Below, piece by piece: positions 17,294 to 27,798 of a stretch of 64,000 bases of DNA. Position 1 is the first letter of the stretch, and each line of letters starts with the position of its first letter. Source of the stretch: an uncultured Gammaproteobacteria bacterium. Its GTDB lineage: Bacteria > Patescibacteriota > Patescibacteriia > Patescibacteriales > UBA12465. The translations under genes and the position numbers were made by a program. A model generated the notes under the pieces. The model was not told the origin of the DNA. It did no database searches and was given only the letters and a program-made list of their open reading frames with translations. The DNA is taken from contig CAZTUJ010000001.1 of assembly GCA_964616855.1 (NCBI GenBank), forward strand, positions 320,301-384,300, in the 5' to 3' direction.

Positions 17294-20200
17294 ATGTTTA
17301 AAGAAAAAAAAGAAGCAGCCGCTTCGGCGCTAGAAAATTCTGAGGCTGGGGCTGAGCGGTCGGAGTCTAGAGAGACGGTACGGCGGAGTATTAAGGAGCG
17401 TTTAGCTCATTTCTTTGGTCAAGATCAGGAAGTTGAAGACTTGGCTACCCGCACTGACTTACAGAATCAGGCAAAGCTGGCAGAGATTAAGGAGGAGATT
17501 CAATTGGAGCCGAGTTTAGCGGAGATCAATGCCGAGGCTAAAGATTTGGAAACGGAAACTTTAGCGTCTTTATCAGAAAATGGTCGGGAAAATAAGAGTG
17601 AGGAAGAGAGTTTTTATGAGCAGGAGCTTTTACCCTTGTTAAAGGTATTAGCGCCCGAGGATGGCGACTTTGCTCAATATGAAGCTTCGATTTTAAGTGA
17701 ACTCAGGCAGACGGCGGAGGCTTTGCAGGACCAGAGTGGCCGTGCTGCTGCTAGTAATGAGTTGGCAAATTTACAGGAAATGAAGTCAATTTTGTTGGCC
17801 CGTTGTCGCCAAACTGTGGTTGAACAAGAAAAATTATTAAGTTTAAGTCAGCGTAAAGAAAAAGATTTTAATTTAGATCCGCTCAAGCAAGCTAGGATTG
17901 TTTTGTTGGCTAGCGGCGATTTTTCCAATATTAATAAAGGGCGGAGTAAGTGGGATCAGTATGGTCCCGAGAAAATGCCTTCGGTCAATACTCTTTTTAG
18001 TTATCTTCGTGTTAAATATTGGTCCAGCTACTCGGCTTCGGAGCTTAGCCCTGCGGAGATTTCTCTTTTAATGAAGGCGGGAATGACCCCGGAATTTTTA
18101 AAGATGGACTTTAGCGATCAAAAGCAGTATTTTAAAGTTTTTAGTGATGAGTTTCTGCGCTTGTTTAATAAGAAGGATGAGGGATTCTCTAATAAGATAG
18201 ATTATATTTTAGAATACCAAGCCGACCCCCAGGGCTATTCTCAAGAGACCTTTCGAAAGCTTTTAGATTCTGATAAAGCTTATGCCCTCCGTAAATTTTT
18301 AAATCGTTTTGAGAAAAGTATTACCCCTGACGATGTTAAAGACTTAATTTCAAAATATAATCCCGGTTATCCTTATCATGTCCGTGATTTAATTGAAAGC
18401 GTTAATTCCTTGTCTTGGCCGGAAGAGGAAAAGGGAAAATTAGTGGATTTTATCGTTTTGCATAATTATGTTGACGTCACTAATCTGAGCGATAGAAATA
18501 ATTTTTTAGCAACTTTAAGTACGGAACAGCAGGCTAAGTATGGGCCGATTTGTGAAAATATTGCCGATTTGATTGCCGTCCCCGAACACTGGAGCCACTA
18601 TAAACCGGAAAAACTCCCCGCCGAAAAGATGGCCCAATTACGCCAACATGTTGAAAATGGCCGTCTTTCTTTTATTCGTCTTGAAGGCTATCTTGGCTAC
18701 TTTTTAGATAACGACTATGACTGGGTCTTGAGTCAGGCTAAGCGTTTTGGTCAAGAGGAGTTACTTTTACAGTTTCCAGATAAATTTCATCCCGAAGATC
18801 AGCAGCGCTTGGCGGAAAAGTTTTTAGCCGAGGGCAAGGCTGATGTTTTAGATAAAATTTTGTCCGATCGCAACGCTTGTTTTGCGAAAGATTCCCTTTC
18901 TTTAGAGGTTTATAAGCAACTGATGGCTAAGGGCTACTGCCCGCCTTTTCGTTCTTTTAGCCAGCTTGATGAAGAAGTGGTAGCTAACGCCTTGAAAAAA
19001 GATCCCATTCATCTCCTTAACGGGGAAACTTGGTATTATAATGTGCGCAAGGCCAGCCTTAATAGCGAAGAATTAGTTGAGCAAAAACAATATCAGGAAA
19101 TTGTTGCTTTTGTTGGTAGTTATTTTCCCGATGCTTCGGAGCATGTGCTATATGAGGAGCTTAAGCTTAACGCTGGCTTCGTTAAGGGAGTTGATCCGGA
19201 GGCTTTTAAAAATAAGATTAAAGCGAATACCGAAGTTTTTCGCCAACATTACCTTCAGGTCTTAAAAGAGGATGAAGTTTTATCTGATAAAGATTTATCT
19301 TGGGCAATTAATAATTTTTGTAAAAATGCTGGTTATGATTTGTATCTTCGCGACTCTGAGCAGTTGACCGCTTTTTTGGAAAACTCTCGTTTCGTACCTA
19401 AAACTTTAGGGGGAAATCGTGCTTGGTTTCGGTCGAGCACGGAAGCTCTTAATACCTTACCCAAGGAGAGGCGAAAAGAGGAAAGTGAAAACTTTAAGAA
19501 TATTTTTGACAAAGATATTGGCAATGATGTTCGTCCTAACATTGAAACACATCAGGCGGAAGCATCTTTTGATAATTTTAAATTTTTAAATCTGCGCCAT
19601 AGTTTTAAGAACGAATCTATTGATTTTTTCCGAGATTTTTTCAAGAAAGTCGGGGCTCCTCGTTCTTTATTGATTAAAACGGCATCTTTGTGGACAGAAA
19701 AGGCCTTAAGTTCGCCTGCAGACAGTGAACACTGGGCGGAAAAATTTTTAGCCTATGTCAGCGCTGCCGAGGGTGCTGTTTCTTTTCCAGAAGCGGAAAA
19801 GAAAAATCTGGACGATCTTTTTAGCGGCCCCTATCGCGATCAGTGTCTGCGCGCTTTTCAAGATGAATGGCTCTCATTTCTAAATAGTGAAGAAAAACAA
19901 TTACCCTTTCCTTTGAAGGTTGTCGCCGGTACGGTGGACGAGGCAGGGGGAGCGGGTAATTTGAAACACTTTGAGGCTTTAAGTGGTTTGGTCGGCAGAG
20001 TGGGTGATGCCTGTGATAAGGAAAAAACAGCGGCGCGCACCAAGCAGGAAATTAAGGAAATTTTGAGTAAACAAGAAGCCCGTTTCGAAAAAGATAAATG
20101 GAGTCAGAGCGACCGTTCTAATTTCTATAACCTTGCTGATGATTTAATTGCCGCCGCCCCCAGTATTTTTGCCTCCTTTGCCCCGATTTTTGAAAATTTG

Positions 20201-22072
20201 TCAGGCAAGGAAATAAAAGCTTTTTCTAAAGAGCTTTTGCCTTTATATCAAGCACAGCTAATTGTTTTACAGGATACCAATCAAAACGGAGATGCTGTTT
20301 ATAAGCCTAAAGATTTAGTTCCTTTCCGGCAGAAATTAGAATTCTTAGCGGCGAGCATGAAACTTTATCCCGAAGATAAAGTAGAAACTCTCGCTGAAGA
20401 AAAAGAGCGTTTAATTAAAGATGTCTCCGTTGGCTTCAAAGAGCGCTTTGGTTTGATGCAGTTCCCAGAAGAATTAAAGAGGGAAGACCTGCGCACTTTA
20501 CAAAATTGTGTCCGCTATATCGGTAATATCAGTCACCGCGACGCCAAGAAAGAATCAATTTTATCTTTGTTTTTAGCTTTAGAGTTAAATAAAGATTGGG
20601 TAAATTTCCGTTCCGGGAAAGAAATTGATTTTAAAAAGCATCTAAGTCCAGATAAATTAAAGTTAATTTCTAATATTTTAGAAGCGAAGAAAAACAATGT
20701 TCTCTCTTCGGAGCTTTTAGGAATTAAGGAAACTGAATTACCCGCTTTCCAAGAAATTTTACAGAGAGAAACGAAAAATAGCATGTTGGGAAATTTGGAG
20801 ACAATTGATGTCAAGCTTGGTCAGGTTAAGCGTAGTATGACTGATTTAGCCGACCCCGATGCCTATGATAATCCGATTGATAAATCTTTATTGTCTTTGC
20901 AGTCAACAGCCGGTCGGCAGGTAGGTGCGACTTTAGCCAAAACATATAATGAGCTTGAAGGCCGTCCGGTAAATTTCAGCGAAGCCGAGCGGGCTGTTCA
21001 GAAAGAGTTGGCGCAGATTTTCCGCATTTCTTCTTGGAATAAGGAGGCTGTCAAAAGTATTCAGGATCGGGCACAACCTTTTAATCTGATTAGCAATCTT
21101 TCCAAAAAGTTCGCTGAAGATAAAGTTGATGAAAATATTGAAGAACTCCAGCGCCGGCTTTTGCCGTCAGCGGCGGTTACGGCTGTTTTTAACCGTTTAG
21201 ACGAGGCTTTTAAACCTGAATCCGGCGCGCACGCTTCTTTTAAAGACTTAGAATATTTAGAGGGACTAGTGGTCAAAGAAGAGTCGCAGCTTAAGGCGGA
21301 AGAGAAGAAATTAATTCAAGACTATCTTCAGGGAATTAAGGAGAAGATGTTAGATTTGGAAAAGATTGCTCGCAGCACAGAAGAATATTTTGATAAGATT
21401 AAAAATAGTTTTGATAATTTAGAAAAAGTTGAACCAGAAAGACGTTTTAGTCCCCTAGCTAATCGTCTGCAAGAATTGGAAAAGATCGTTCATGGCACCG
21501 GTGAGGGTATGATTGTTAGCCGTGTGACCAATGACCTTAACTTTATTATTGAAAACATGCGCCAGTGTCTCGGTTGTTTGCGTAAAGAAGCAAATAATGA
21601 CACTAATCTGGCTTTTGGTGATTTTAATAAATTTTTCATGATGAGTGAGCAGGAGAAGCGTTCCGGGAGTGTGGCTGACGAAATCGTCTTTTTTGTGCCC
21701 TTGGAGACCGAGCCAGGAAAAAAAGAAATGTCTTTTGTTATGGACCGGGTCTATGGCACCAAGTCAGCCGACATTCTTTTAGCTCATAGCTTGGCTGTGT
21801 ATAAAAAATATCGTGCCCTGAAAGACAAATTTCCAGAGGCCCAGCTTTCCTTGTCGGTAACAGACGAAGCTCTTGCTAGCGCCGGGATAGACGCCACTCT
21901 TTTCAGCAAGAGAATGCAGGAGAAGCTAAATGATCCCGTTGCTTTTGAAACTTTGTCATTAGCTAAAGTTAATATACCCGCCTCCTCTTTGAGCGATAAT
22001 TATATAGAATTCGGTAGCGGAACCGCCCGTGCGAGCGGGGAGCGCACTTTTAATGGTTTAATTGTCCGTTAA
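17294..22072 (+). CDS. Giant (about 1590 aa) hypothetical cytoplasmic protein
   Basis: Uninterrupted ORF; ATG at 17294 (MFKEKKEAAAS). No signal peptide or TM segment. Acidic coiled-coil N-terminus. On visual scan I found no Walker A, HExxH or other catalytic motif. Confidence 0.8.
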   Translation: MFKEKKEAAASALENSEAGAERSESRETVRRSIKERLAHFFGQDQEVEDLATRTDLQNQAKLAEIKEEIQLEPSLAEINAEAKDLETETLASLSENGRENKSEEESFYEQELLPLLKVLAPEDGDFAQYEASILSELRQTAEALQDQSGRAAASNELANLQEMKSILLARCRQTVVEQEKLLSLSQRKEKDFNLDPLKQARIVLLASGDFSNINKGRSKWDQYGPEKMPSVNTLFSYLRVKYWSSYSASELSPAEISLLMKAGMTPEFLKMDFSDQKQYFKVFSDEFLRLFNKKDEGFSNKIDYILEYQADPQGYSQETFRKLLDSDKAYALRKFLNRFEKSITPDDVKDLISKYNPGYPYHVRDLIESVNSLSWPEEEKGKLVDFIVLHNYVDVTNLSDRNNFLATLSTEQQAKYGPICENIADLIAVPEHWSHYKPEKLPAEKMAQLRQHVENGRLSFIRLEGYLGYFLDNDYDWVLSQAKRFGQEELLLQFPDKFHPEDQQRLAEKFLAEGKADVLDKILSDRNACFAKDSLSLEVYKQLMAKGYCPPFRSFSQLDEEVVANALKKDPIHLLNGETWYYNVRKASLNSEELVEQKQYQEIVAFVGSYFPDASEHVLYEELKLNAGFVKGVDPEAFKNKIKANTEVFRQHYLQVLKEDEVLSDKDLSWAINNFCKNAGYDLYLRDSEQLTAFLENSRFVPKTLGGNRAWFRSSTEALNTLPKERRKEESENFKNIFDKDIGNDVRPNIETHQAEASFDNFKFLNLRHSFKNESIDFFRDFFKKVGAPRSLLIKTASLWTEKALSSPADSEHWAEKFLAYVSAAEGAVSFPEAEKKNLDDLFSGPYRDQCLRAFQDEWLSFLNSEEKQLPFPLKVVAGTVDEAGGAGNLKHFEALSGLVGRVGDACDKEKTAARTKQEIKEILSKQEARFEKDKWSQSDRSNFYNLADDLIAAAPSIFASFAPIFENLSGKEIKAFSKELLPLYQAQLIVLQDTNQNGDAVYKPKDLVPFRQKLEFLAASMKLYPEDKVETLAEEKERLIKDVSVGFKERFGLMQFPEELKREDLRTLQNCVRYIGNISHRDAKKESILSLFLALELNKDWVNFRSGKEIDFKKHLSPDKLKLISNILEAKKNNVLSSELLGIKETELPAFQEILQRETKNSMLGNLETIDVKLGQVKRSMTDLADPDAYDNPIDKSLLSLQSTAGRQVGATLAKTYNELEGRPVNFSEAERAVQKELAQIFRISSWNKEAVKSIQDRAQPFNLISNLSKKFAEDKVDENIEELQRRLLPSAAVTAVFNRLDEAFKPESGAHASFKDLEYLEGLVVKEESQLKAEEKKLIQDYLQGIKEKMLDLEKIARSTEEYFDKIKNSFDNLEKVEPERRFSPLANRLQELEKIVHGTGEGMIVSRVTNDLNFIIENMRQCLGCLRKEANNDTNLAFGDFNKFFMMSEQEKRSGSVADEIVFFVPLETEPGKKEMSFVMDRVYGTKSADILLAHSLAVYKKYRALKDKFPEAQLSLSVTDEALASAGIDATLFSKRMQEKLNDPVAFETLSLAKVNIPASSLSDNYIEFGSGTARASGERTFNGLIVR

Positions 22073-22163
22073 TCCCGGTATTGACAAAATAGCACTTTAT
22101 TTGTTATTCTTGACTATTGCTCTTTTTTGTAAATAATTAGTTGTATCATTAAAATCATAACAG

Positions 22164-22772
22164 ATGAAAGAAAAAATTGTTCTCCGTCCCGTAGAGGCTT
22201 ATTTCCTACTCTCTTTTGCTAAAAAAGAGACGTGGAGTATGACCAGCGCCTTGATTGCCGTCTTGGTAGAATTGTATGAACGGAATTTAATAATTCCCGA
22301 CGGTGCCGACCCTAACGCTTTGGTGGTAAACTATACCGATGCCAATCGCGATGACCTTCGCTCCTACGAGAGCGCTGCTTTAGAAGCGCTTGCTTCTCAT
22401 GATCCTGAATTTTTACACGACGCCGTTGATGACTTCAGATTTAAAAATTTTCTGCTGAAGAATGGTCTGCTCACCAAGGAACGCAAATATTTTTTATTTC
22501 TGCATTATCAGCAGACAGTTCTATCACCGGCTGGCCTGGAATTGGTAACTGGATTGCTTGAAAAAAAGCAAGCTTTGATTCTGGAAAAATCACCAGTTTT
22601 AAGTGCAGTTATGGCCTTTCCCTCGCTCAATTACAGCAATGCTTTAATTGCTTACTTTCGCGCTTATGCCATTAAAGCTGTGACCGCTGCCAATAAACGT
22701 TATGCAGATTTTATGCCGGAGCTTAATCCGTTTCAAGCCCACCTTTCCCAGCACCAATCCAACATCTTTTAA
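22164..22772 (+). CDS. Hypothetical protein (possibly GPP34/GOLPH3-like, very tentative)
   Basis: 202-aa helical ORF. The N-terminal pattern LRPVEAYFLLSF...ALIAVLVELYERNLII is vaguely GPP34-like. Confidence 0.5.
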   Translation: MKEKIVLRPVEAYFLLSFAKKETWSMTSALIAVLVELYERNLIIPDGADPNALVVNYTDANRDDLRSYESAALEALASHDPEFLHDAVDDFRFKNFLLKNGLLTKERKYFLFLHYQQTVLSPAGLELVTGLLEKKQALILEKSPVLSAVMAFPSLNYSNALIAYFRAYAIKAVTAANKRYADFMPELNPFQAHLSQHQSNIF

Positions 22773-22888
22773 GTAGTCTATCCTATTATAGGAATCTTTT
22801 GCCGCCTTGTCCCAACGAGGCGGTTTTTTTATTTTGTGTTTGGCTATAGTCTTGGTATAATTAAAATAATACTCATTAATTTATCTTT

Positions 22889-24277
22889 ATGGCTTTTAAA
22901 AAATTTCCTGACGCCCCGAAACTAAAACAGATGATTGGTCCGAGCTTTATCATCTTAGCGCTAGGCTTGGGTTCGGGCGAAATCATTCTCTGGCCTTATC
23001 TTGTCGCTAACTACGGTCTGGGCGTGGCCTGGGGGGCGGTTTTAGGTATCTCTTTTCAATTCTTTATCAACATGGAAATTGAGCGCTATGCTTTAGTAAA
23101 AGGAGAGAGTGTCTTTGTGGGGATTGCCCGCTTTTTACCAGCCGCTATTTATTGGTTTATTCTTTCTACTTTTATCGGTTTTGGCTTGCCCGGTATTGTC
23201 GCCGCCTCCGCTCAAGTTTTAGCCCAAGTCTTTGGTTTAGCGGATTTTAAATGGTTGGCTATCGGCCTTTTGTTGGCTATTGGTTTAATTTTAACTCTTG
23301 GTCGCACTATTTATAGTCTGATGGAAAAAATTACGAAAATTATTATTTTCTGCGGCGTTCCTTTTATTTTCATTTTAGCCGTCTATTTCGGTAGTCCAGA
23401 ATCATGGTCGGCCTTGGGTTCGGGCTTGATTGGTAAGGGCGAGGGCTTTTGGTTCTTGGCCCCTGGTATTGCGCTTGCCACTTTCCTCGGTGCTTTTGCC
23501 TATTCCGGCGCCGGCGGCAATCTCAATCTTACCCAGTCAATTTATGTCAAAGAAAAAGGCTACGGTATGGGTGCCTATGCCCAAAAGATTAGCGGTCTTT
23601 TTGCTACTCGCGGTCGCCAGGAAGAAATTCGTTTAGCCGGAGAAGAGTTTCAATTGAACGAGAAGAACATTAGTGCTTTTAGAAAATGGTGGCGCTTAGT
23701 TAATTTAGAGCACTTGCTGGTTTTTTGGTTGATTGGCAGCATTTCCATGGTGATGTTGATGTTTTTAGCCTATAGCACCACCTATGGTTTGTCTGGCAAC
23801 GCTCAGGGTATTAATTTTGTAATTAGTGAAGGTGCTCAGATTGCCCAACTGACCCATCCCTTCCTGGGTCTTTTCTTTTTAGTAGTGGTGGGCATTATGC
23901 TCCTTCAGACTCAGCTCGGCATTATGGATTCGACTAGCCGTATTATGTCGGAGAATGTCGCGATTGCTAAATTAAAGAAGAGCGGGGAAGCCAAGATTGC
24001 TTTATCAAAAATATATTATTTCTTTGTTTGGGCGCAGATTGCTTTCGGTGTCACTCTATTCCTTTTAGATTTCTACGAACCTAAAACTTTAATTGTCTTA
24101 GGGGCGGTTATTAATGCCTTCGCGATGCTCGTGCATGTGATTTTAGTGACTATTCTTAATCGTCGCGCTTTGGCCAAGGTTTTTCAACCTTCTTTATGGC
24201 GGAAAACTATTCTTTACATCATTATCGCCTTTTTTGCTGTCTTCAGTGTGATCGTGGCTAAGGCACAGCTATTTTAA
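22889..24277 (+). CDS. NRAMP-family divalent metal transporter
   Basis: GPSFIILALGLGSGEIILWPYL...FQFFINMEIERYALVKGE and about 11 TM segments are typical of MntH/NRAMP. Confidence 0.85.
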   Translation: MAFKKFPDAPKLKQMIGPSFIILALGLGSGEIILWPYLVANYGLGVAWGAVLGISFQFFINMEIERYALVKGESVFVGIARFLPAAIYWFILSTFIGFGLPGIVAASAQVLAQVFGLADFKWLAIGLLLAIGLILTLGRTIYSLMEKITKIIIFCGVPFIFILAVYFGSPESWSALGSGLIGKGEGFWFLAPGIALATFLGAFAYSGAGGNLNLTQSIYVKEKGYGMGAYAQKISGLFATRGRQEEIRLAGEEFQLNEKNISAFRKWWRLVNLEHLLVFWLIGSISMVMLMFLAYSTTYGLSGNAQGINFVISEGAQIAQLTHPFLGLFFLVVVGIMLLQTQLGIMDSTSRIMSENVAIAKLKKSGEAKIALSKIYYFFVWAQIAFGVTLFLLDFYEPKTLIVLGAVINAFAMLVHVILVTILNRRALAKVFQPSLWRKTILYIIIAFFAVFSVIVAKAQLF

Positions 24278-24344
24278 TTCTTGTTATCTTTTTCGACTTT
24301 AAACGTCTTATATATATTAGGGTTAATAATTAATTTATAAAATT

Positions 24345-25082
24345 ATGAAAAAAGGACAAATTTTTTTAATCGCCCTGGGTATTTTGGCGATTACTGGTGT
24401 GGCGGCGACTGCGGTCGTGATGGCTCATCAGCAGAATAATCAGGATCGCTTTTCTGTGACTGGTTCGGGCACCGTCTATGCTAAGGCTGATATTGCTAAC
24501 ATTACTGTGGGTTTGCGTACTGATGTCAAGAAGACGGCCGCCGAAGCGACTAAGGATAGTACGGATAAGATGAATGCTATTATTGTTAGCATTAAAGATT
24601 TAGGTATTGAAGAAAAGGATATTAAGACTACCGACTATTCTTTAAATCCAGTTTATAATTGGATTGACGGTAAGGGCCAGGTCCTGCAGGGCTACCAAGT
24701 TTCTCAGAATGTCAGCGTTAAGGTTAGGGATCTGGATAAAATCGGGGAGGTGATTGCTAAGACCACCGAACAGGGAGCTAATCAAATTGGTAATGTCAGT
24801 TTTACTATTGATGACGAGTATGAATTAAAAAATGAGGCCAGAGAAATGGCAATCGATAAGGCTAAAGAAAAGGCGGAGATGATGGCGGAACAGGCGGGGA
24901 TGAAATTGGGAGCAGTCAAAAGTGTTTACGAAAGCGCTGATGTTGCCTATCCCGTGCCGATGTATGCTAATGCTAAGTTAGAAATGGCAGTTGATCAGAG
25001 CGCTGGCCTTGGTGCCCCCAGCATCCAGACCGGTCAGAATGAAATCAGAGTGGAAGTGACGCTGGTGTACGAAGTTAAATAG
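24345..25082 (+). CDS. SIMPL (DUF541) domain protein, copy 1
   Basis: N-terminal TM segment, then GYQVSQNVSVKVRDLDKIGEVI..GANQIGNVSFTIDD...EAREMAIDKAKEKAE. Paralog at 46348. Confidence 0.8.
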   Translation: MKKGQIFLIALGILAITGVAATAVVMAHQQNNQDRFSVTGSGTVYAKADIANITVGLRTDVKKTAAEATKDSTDKMNAIIVSIKDLGIEEKDIKTTDYSLNPVYNWIDGKGQVLQGYQVSQNVSVKVRDLDKIGEVIAKTTEQGANQIGNVSFTIDDEYELKNEAREMAIDKAKEKAEMMAEQAGMKLGAVKSVYESADVAYPVPMYANAKLEMAVDQSAGLGAPSIQTGQNEIRVEVTLVYEVK

Positions 25083-25193
25083 GATTTAGGATTTTGGTAT
25101 ATTTTAGAAAAGGAAGGCAAAAGCCTTCCTTTTTCTTTTGCCTAAAAGAAGGAGATGGAGTAAAATTATCTTATAACTATTTAAATATAATTT

Positions 25194-27746
25194 ATGGCCT
25201 GGCAGGAATTTGCGTCGCTAGACGTTTTAGATTTATGTAAAAAATTAAAGAGCAGTTGCGAAAATGGTTTGAGTCTGGCTGAGGCTAATACCCGCCTATC
25301 CATTCACGGACGCAATCTAGTGGCCGCCAACCATGCGAGTGCTTGGCGGATTTTTCTGCGCCAGCTGTCTTCTCCTTTTATTTATTTGCTCTTAGTAGCA
25401 GTAGCCCTCTCTTTCGCTTTGAGAAACTGGGCAGAAGGTGGTATGGTCCTGTCTTTTATTGCCATTAATGCCATTCTTGGCTTTTTTCAAGAATATCGTT
25501 CTGAGCGCACCGCCAAAATGCTTTCTCAGATGATTGCTTGGCGCTCAAGGGTAATCCGTGACGGTAAAGAAGCTTTAATTCCCACCGAAGAGCTGGTGCC
25601 GGGCGATATTCTCATTTTAAATACCGGCGACAAGGTCGGAGCGGACGCGCGCCTGCTCAGCGTTCAGAATTTTAGCGTAGATGAGTCAGCTCTAACCGGG
25701 GAGTCTTTAGCCGTTTTAAAACAGGGTGAGGCTTTGCGCGGAGAGATAAAGGCTTTAAATGAAGCTAATAATTTAGTATTTGCCGGGACAGCGGTGATGG
25801 GTGGAAAAGCAACGGCTATGGTTATCAGTACGGGTAATCATACAGAATTTGGTCAGATTGCTGGCCTAGTGGCCCAAACTAAAAGGGTAAGCAGTTTTGA
25901 AGTTGGTATCAGTAAATTTTCCTCTTTTATTTTAAAATTAGTTTTGGTTACTCTCGCCTTCGTCATGCTCCTTAACTTTATTATCAAGGGCGGACAATTG
26001 GACTGGGTCGAGTTATTGATTTTTGCCATTGCTTTAGCAATTGGCGTTATTCCTGAGGCCTTGCCTTTAGTAATGACTTTTTCTTTCTCTAAAGGAGCGG
26101 CTAAACTGGCTAAGAAAAAAGTGGTGGTCAAGCGTCTGTCAGCGGTGGAAGATTTGGGTAATATTGAAATTCTTTGTTCAGATAAGACGGGGACTTTAAC
26201 AGAAAATCGTTTGGCTTTAGCAGAGCGCTTTGCCTCAACGCCTGGGATGGAAGAAGAAACTCTTCTATTTTCTCTTTTAGCTGCGGCTCCAGCTACAGAA
26301 AACCGTGATCCTTTTGACGAAGCCATCCGCTTAGCCGCCGGCAAGAGCGGTCAGCAGTGGTTGGAAAATTACCAGCTTTTGTTTGATTCTCCCTTTGACC
26401 CCAAGTACATGCGCAATAATGTTCTTGCACAAAAAGACTCTCAAGTTGTTTTTTTAGTGCGGGGAGCTTTTGAAGTAATCGCCCCGATGTGTAAGCAAGG
26501 AGATTTAGCTGGAGCGGAAGCTTGGGCTCAGGCCCAGGGCCGTTTAGGTCGGCGCGTGCTGGCGATTGCTATTAAGCCGATTAAGAAATTGAATTTTGAT
26601 GCTTTTTGCGCCCGTTTCCGCGAGGAAGAGAAGGGTTTAGAACTTAAAGGTTTAATTTCTTTTTCTGATCCGGTTAAAGCCAGTACTATTTCGGCTGTGG
26701 CTAAGGCTAAGGCGCTGGGGGTAGGAATCAAGGTTATTACCGGCGATAGTGCGGAGGTGGCAGCCGCTGTTGGTTTGGAGGTGGGTCTGTGTCAGAGCTT
26801 GGACGAAGTAATTACCGCCGCCACCTTTAATGCCTTAGATGAAGCGGGTAAAACAGCCGCCCTGGAGCGCTATAATATTTTTGCCCGAGTGGCCCCTGAT
26901 CAAAAGCACGAGATTATTCAGCGCTTACAGGCCCGCTTTAGTGTGGGCTATCTCGGTGATGGTATTAACGATGCTCCGGCGCTGAAGGCGGCTGGTGTTT
27001 CTTTGGCGGTTAATAATGCCTCTGATATTGCTCGGGAGGCGGCTGACATTATTCTTTTAGAAAATGATTTAAATATTATTATTGAAGGCATTAGGGAGGG
27101 GCGGGCAATTTTTGCTAATAGCATTAAATACATTAAAGCCACTTTAGCTTCCAACTTTGGTAATTTTTATGCGGTTGCCATCGCTTCTTTGCTGGTTGAC
27201 TATCTGCCAATGTTGCCCTTGCAGATCCTTTTACTTAATTTAGTCTCTGACTTTCCTATGATTGCGATTGCCGGTGATAATGTTGATGATGAAGAATTGC
27301 TACGGCCACGGCACTATGAAGTTCGGGATATTATTGTGGCGGCGATGGTTTTAGGTATTATTAGCACGGTGTTTGATTTTGTTTTCTTTGCCCTTTTTAG
27401 TCGGATTTCTCCCGGTGTTCTGCAAACTAACTGGTTTATTGCTAGCACCATTACCGAATTAGTCTTTATTTTTTCAATCCGTACTCGTCGCTTTTTCTTG
27501 TTTGCTAGCCGCCCCGGACGCGCTCTTTTCTGGCTTACTTTACCTGCGGCGGCTGTGGCTGTGATTATCCCTTATACTACTTTTGGTCATAATTTTTTCC
27601 ATTTTGTGTCGCCTCGACCCGTACATTTACTGTGGATTTTAGGTATTGCTGGCCTTTACCTTGTTTCCACCGAAACTTTCAAGCTTTTATACTATCGACA
27701 CAAAAAGCAAGAGAAGAAGTCTTTGTCTGTTTCCACTGCTCTTTAG
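25194..27746 (+). CDS. Cation-transporting P-type ATPase (type II/III-like)
   Basis: Motifs TGES, phosphorylation site CSDKTGTLTEN, hinge GDGINDAPALKAAGV, and 10 predicted TM segments. Confidence 0.9.
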   Translation: MAWQEFASLDVLDLCKKLKSSCENGLSLAEANTRLSIHGRNLVAANHASAWRIFLRQLSSPFIYLLLVAVALSFALRNWAEGGMVLSFIAINAILGFFQEYRSERTAKMLSQMIAWRSRVIRDGKEALIPTEELVPGDILILNTGDKVGADARLLSVQNFSVDESALTGESLAVLKQGEALRGEIKALNEANNLVFAGTAVMGGKATAMVISTGNHTEFGQIAGLVAQTKRVSSFEVGISKFSSFILKLVLVTLAFVMLLNFIIKGGQLDWVELLIFAIALAIGVIPEALPLVMTFSFSKGAAKLAKKKVVVKRLSAVEDLGNIEILCSDKTGTLTENRLALAERFASTPGMEEETLLFSLLAAAPATENRDPFDEAIRLAAGKSGQQWLENYQLLFDSPFDPKYMRNNVLAQKDSQVVFLVRGAFEVIAPMCKQGDLAGAEAWAQAQGRLGRRVLAIAIKPIKKLNFDAFCARFREEEKGLELKGLISFSDPVKASTISAVAKAKALGVGIKVITGDSAEVAAAVGLEVGLCQSLDEVITAATFNALDEAGKTAALERYNIFARVAPDQKHEIIQRLQARFSVGYLGDGINDAPALKAAGVSLAVNNASDIAREAADIILLENDLNIIIEGIREGRAIFANSIKYIKATLASNFGNFYAVAIASLLVDYLPMLPLQILLLNLVSDFPMIAIAGDNVDDEELLRPRHYEVRDIIVAAMVLGIISTVFDFVFFALFSRISPGVLQTNWFIASTITELVFIFSIRTRRFFLFASRPGRALFWLTLPAAAVAVIIPYTTFGHNFFHFVSPRPVHLLWILGIAGLYLVSTETFKLLYYRHKKQEKKSLSVSTAL

Positions 27747-27760
27747 GATTTTGGGAATAC

Positions 27761-27792
27761 AAAAACAGCCACGATCATCGTGGCTGTTTTTT
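27761..27792. terminator. Bidirectional intrinsic terminator
   Basis: A-run, CAGCCACG-N5-CGTGGCTG hairpin, then T-run. Confidence 0.65.
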
Positions 27793-27798
27793 GAAATC

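Noticed and set aside
25853-27154. Minus-strand ORFs of 67-163 aa inside the P-type ATPase gene. Similar antisense ORFs occur inside 17294-22072, 31137-32594, 36565-37545 and 51887-55459.
   Set aside because: They are antisense or shadow frames of long genes with strong motif support. They carry no motifs or signals of their own.
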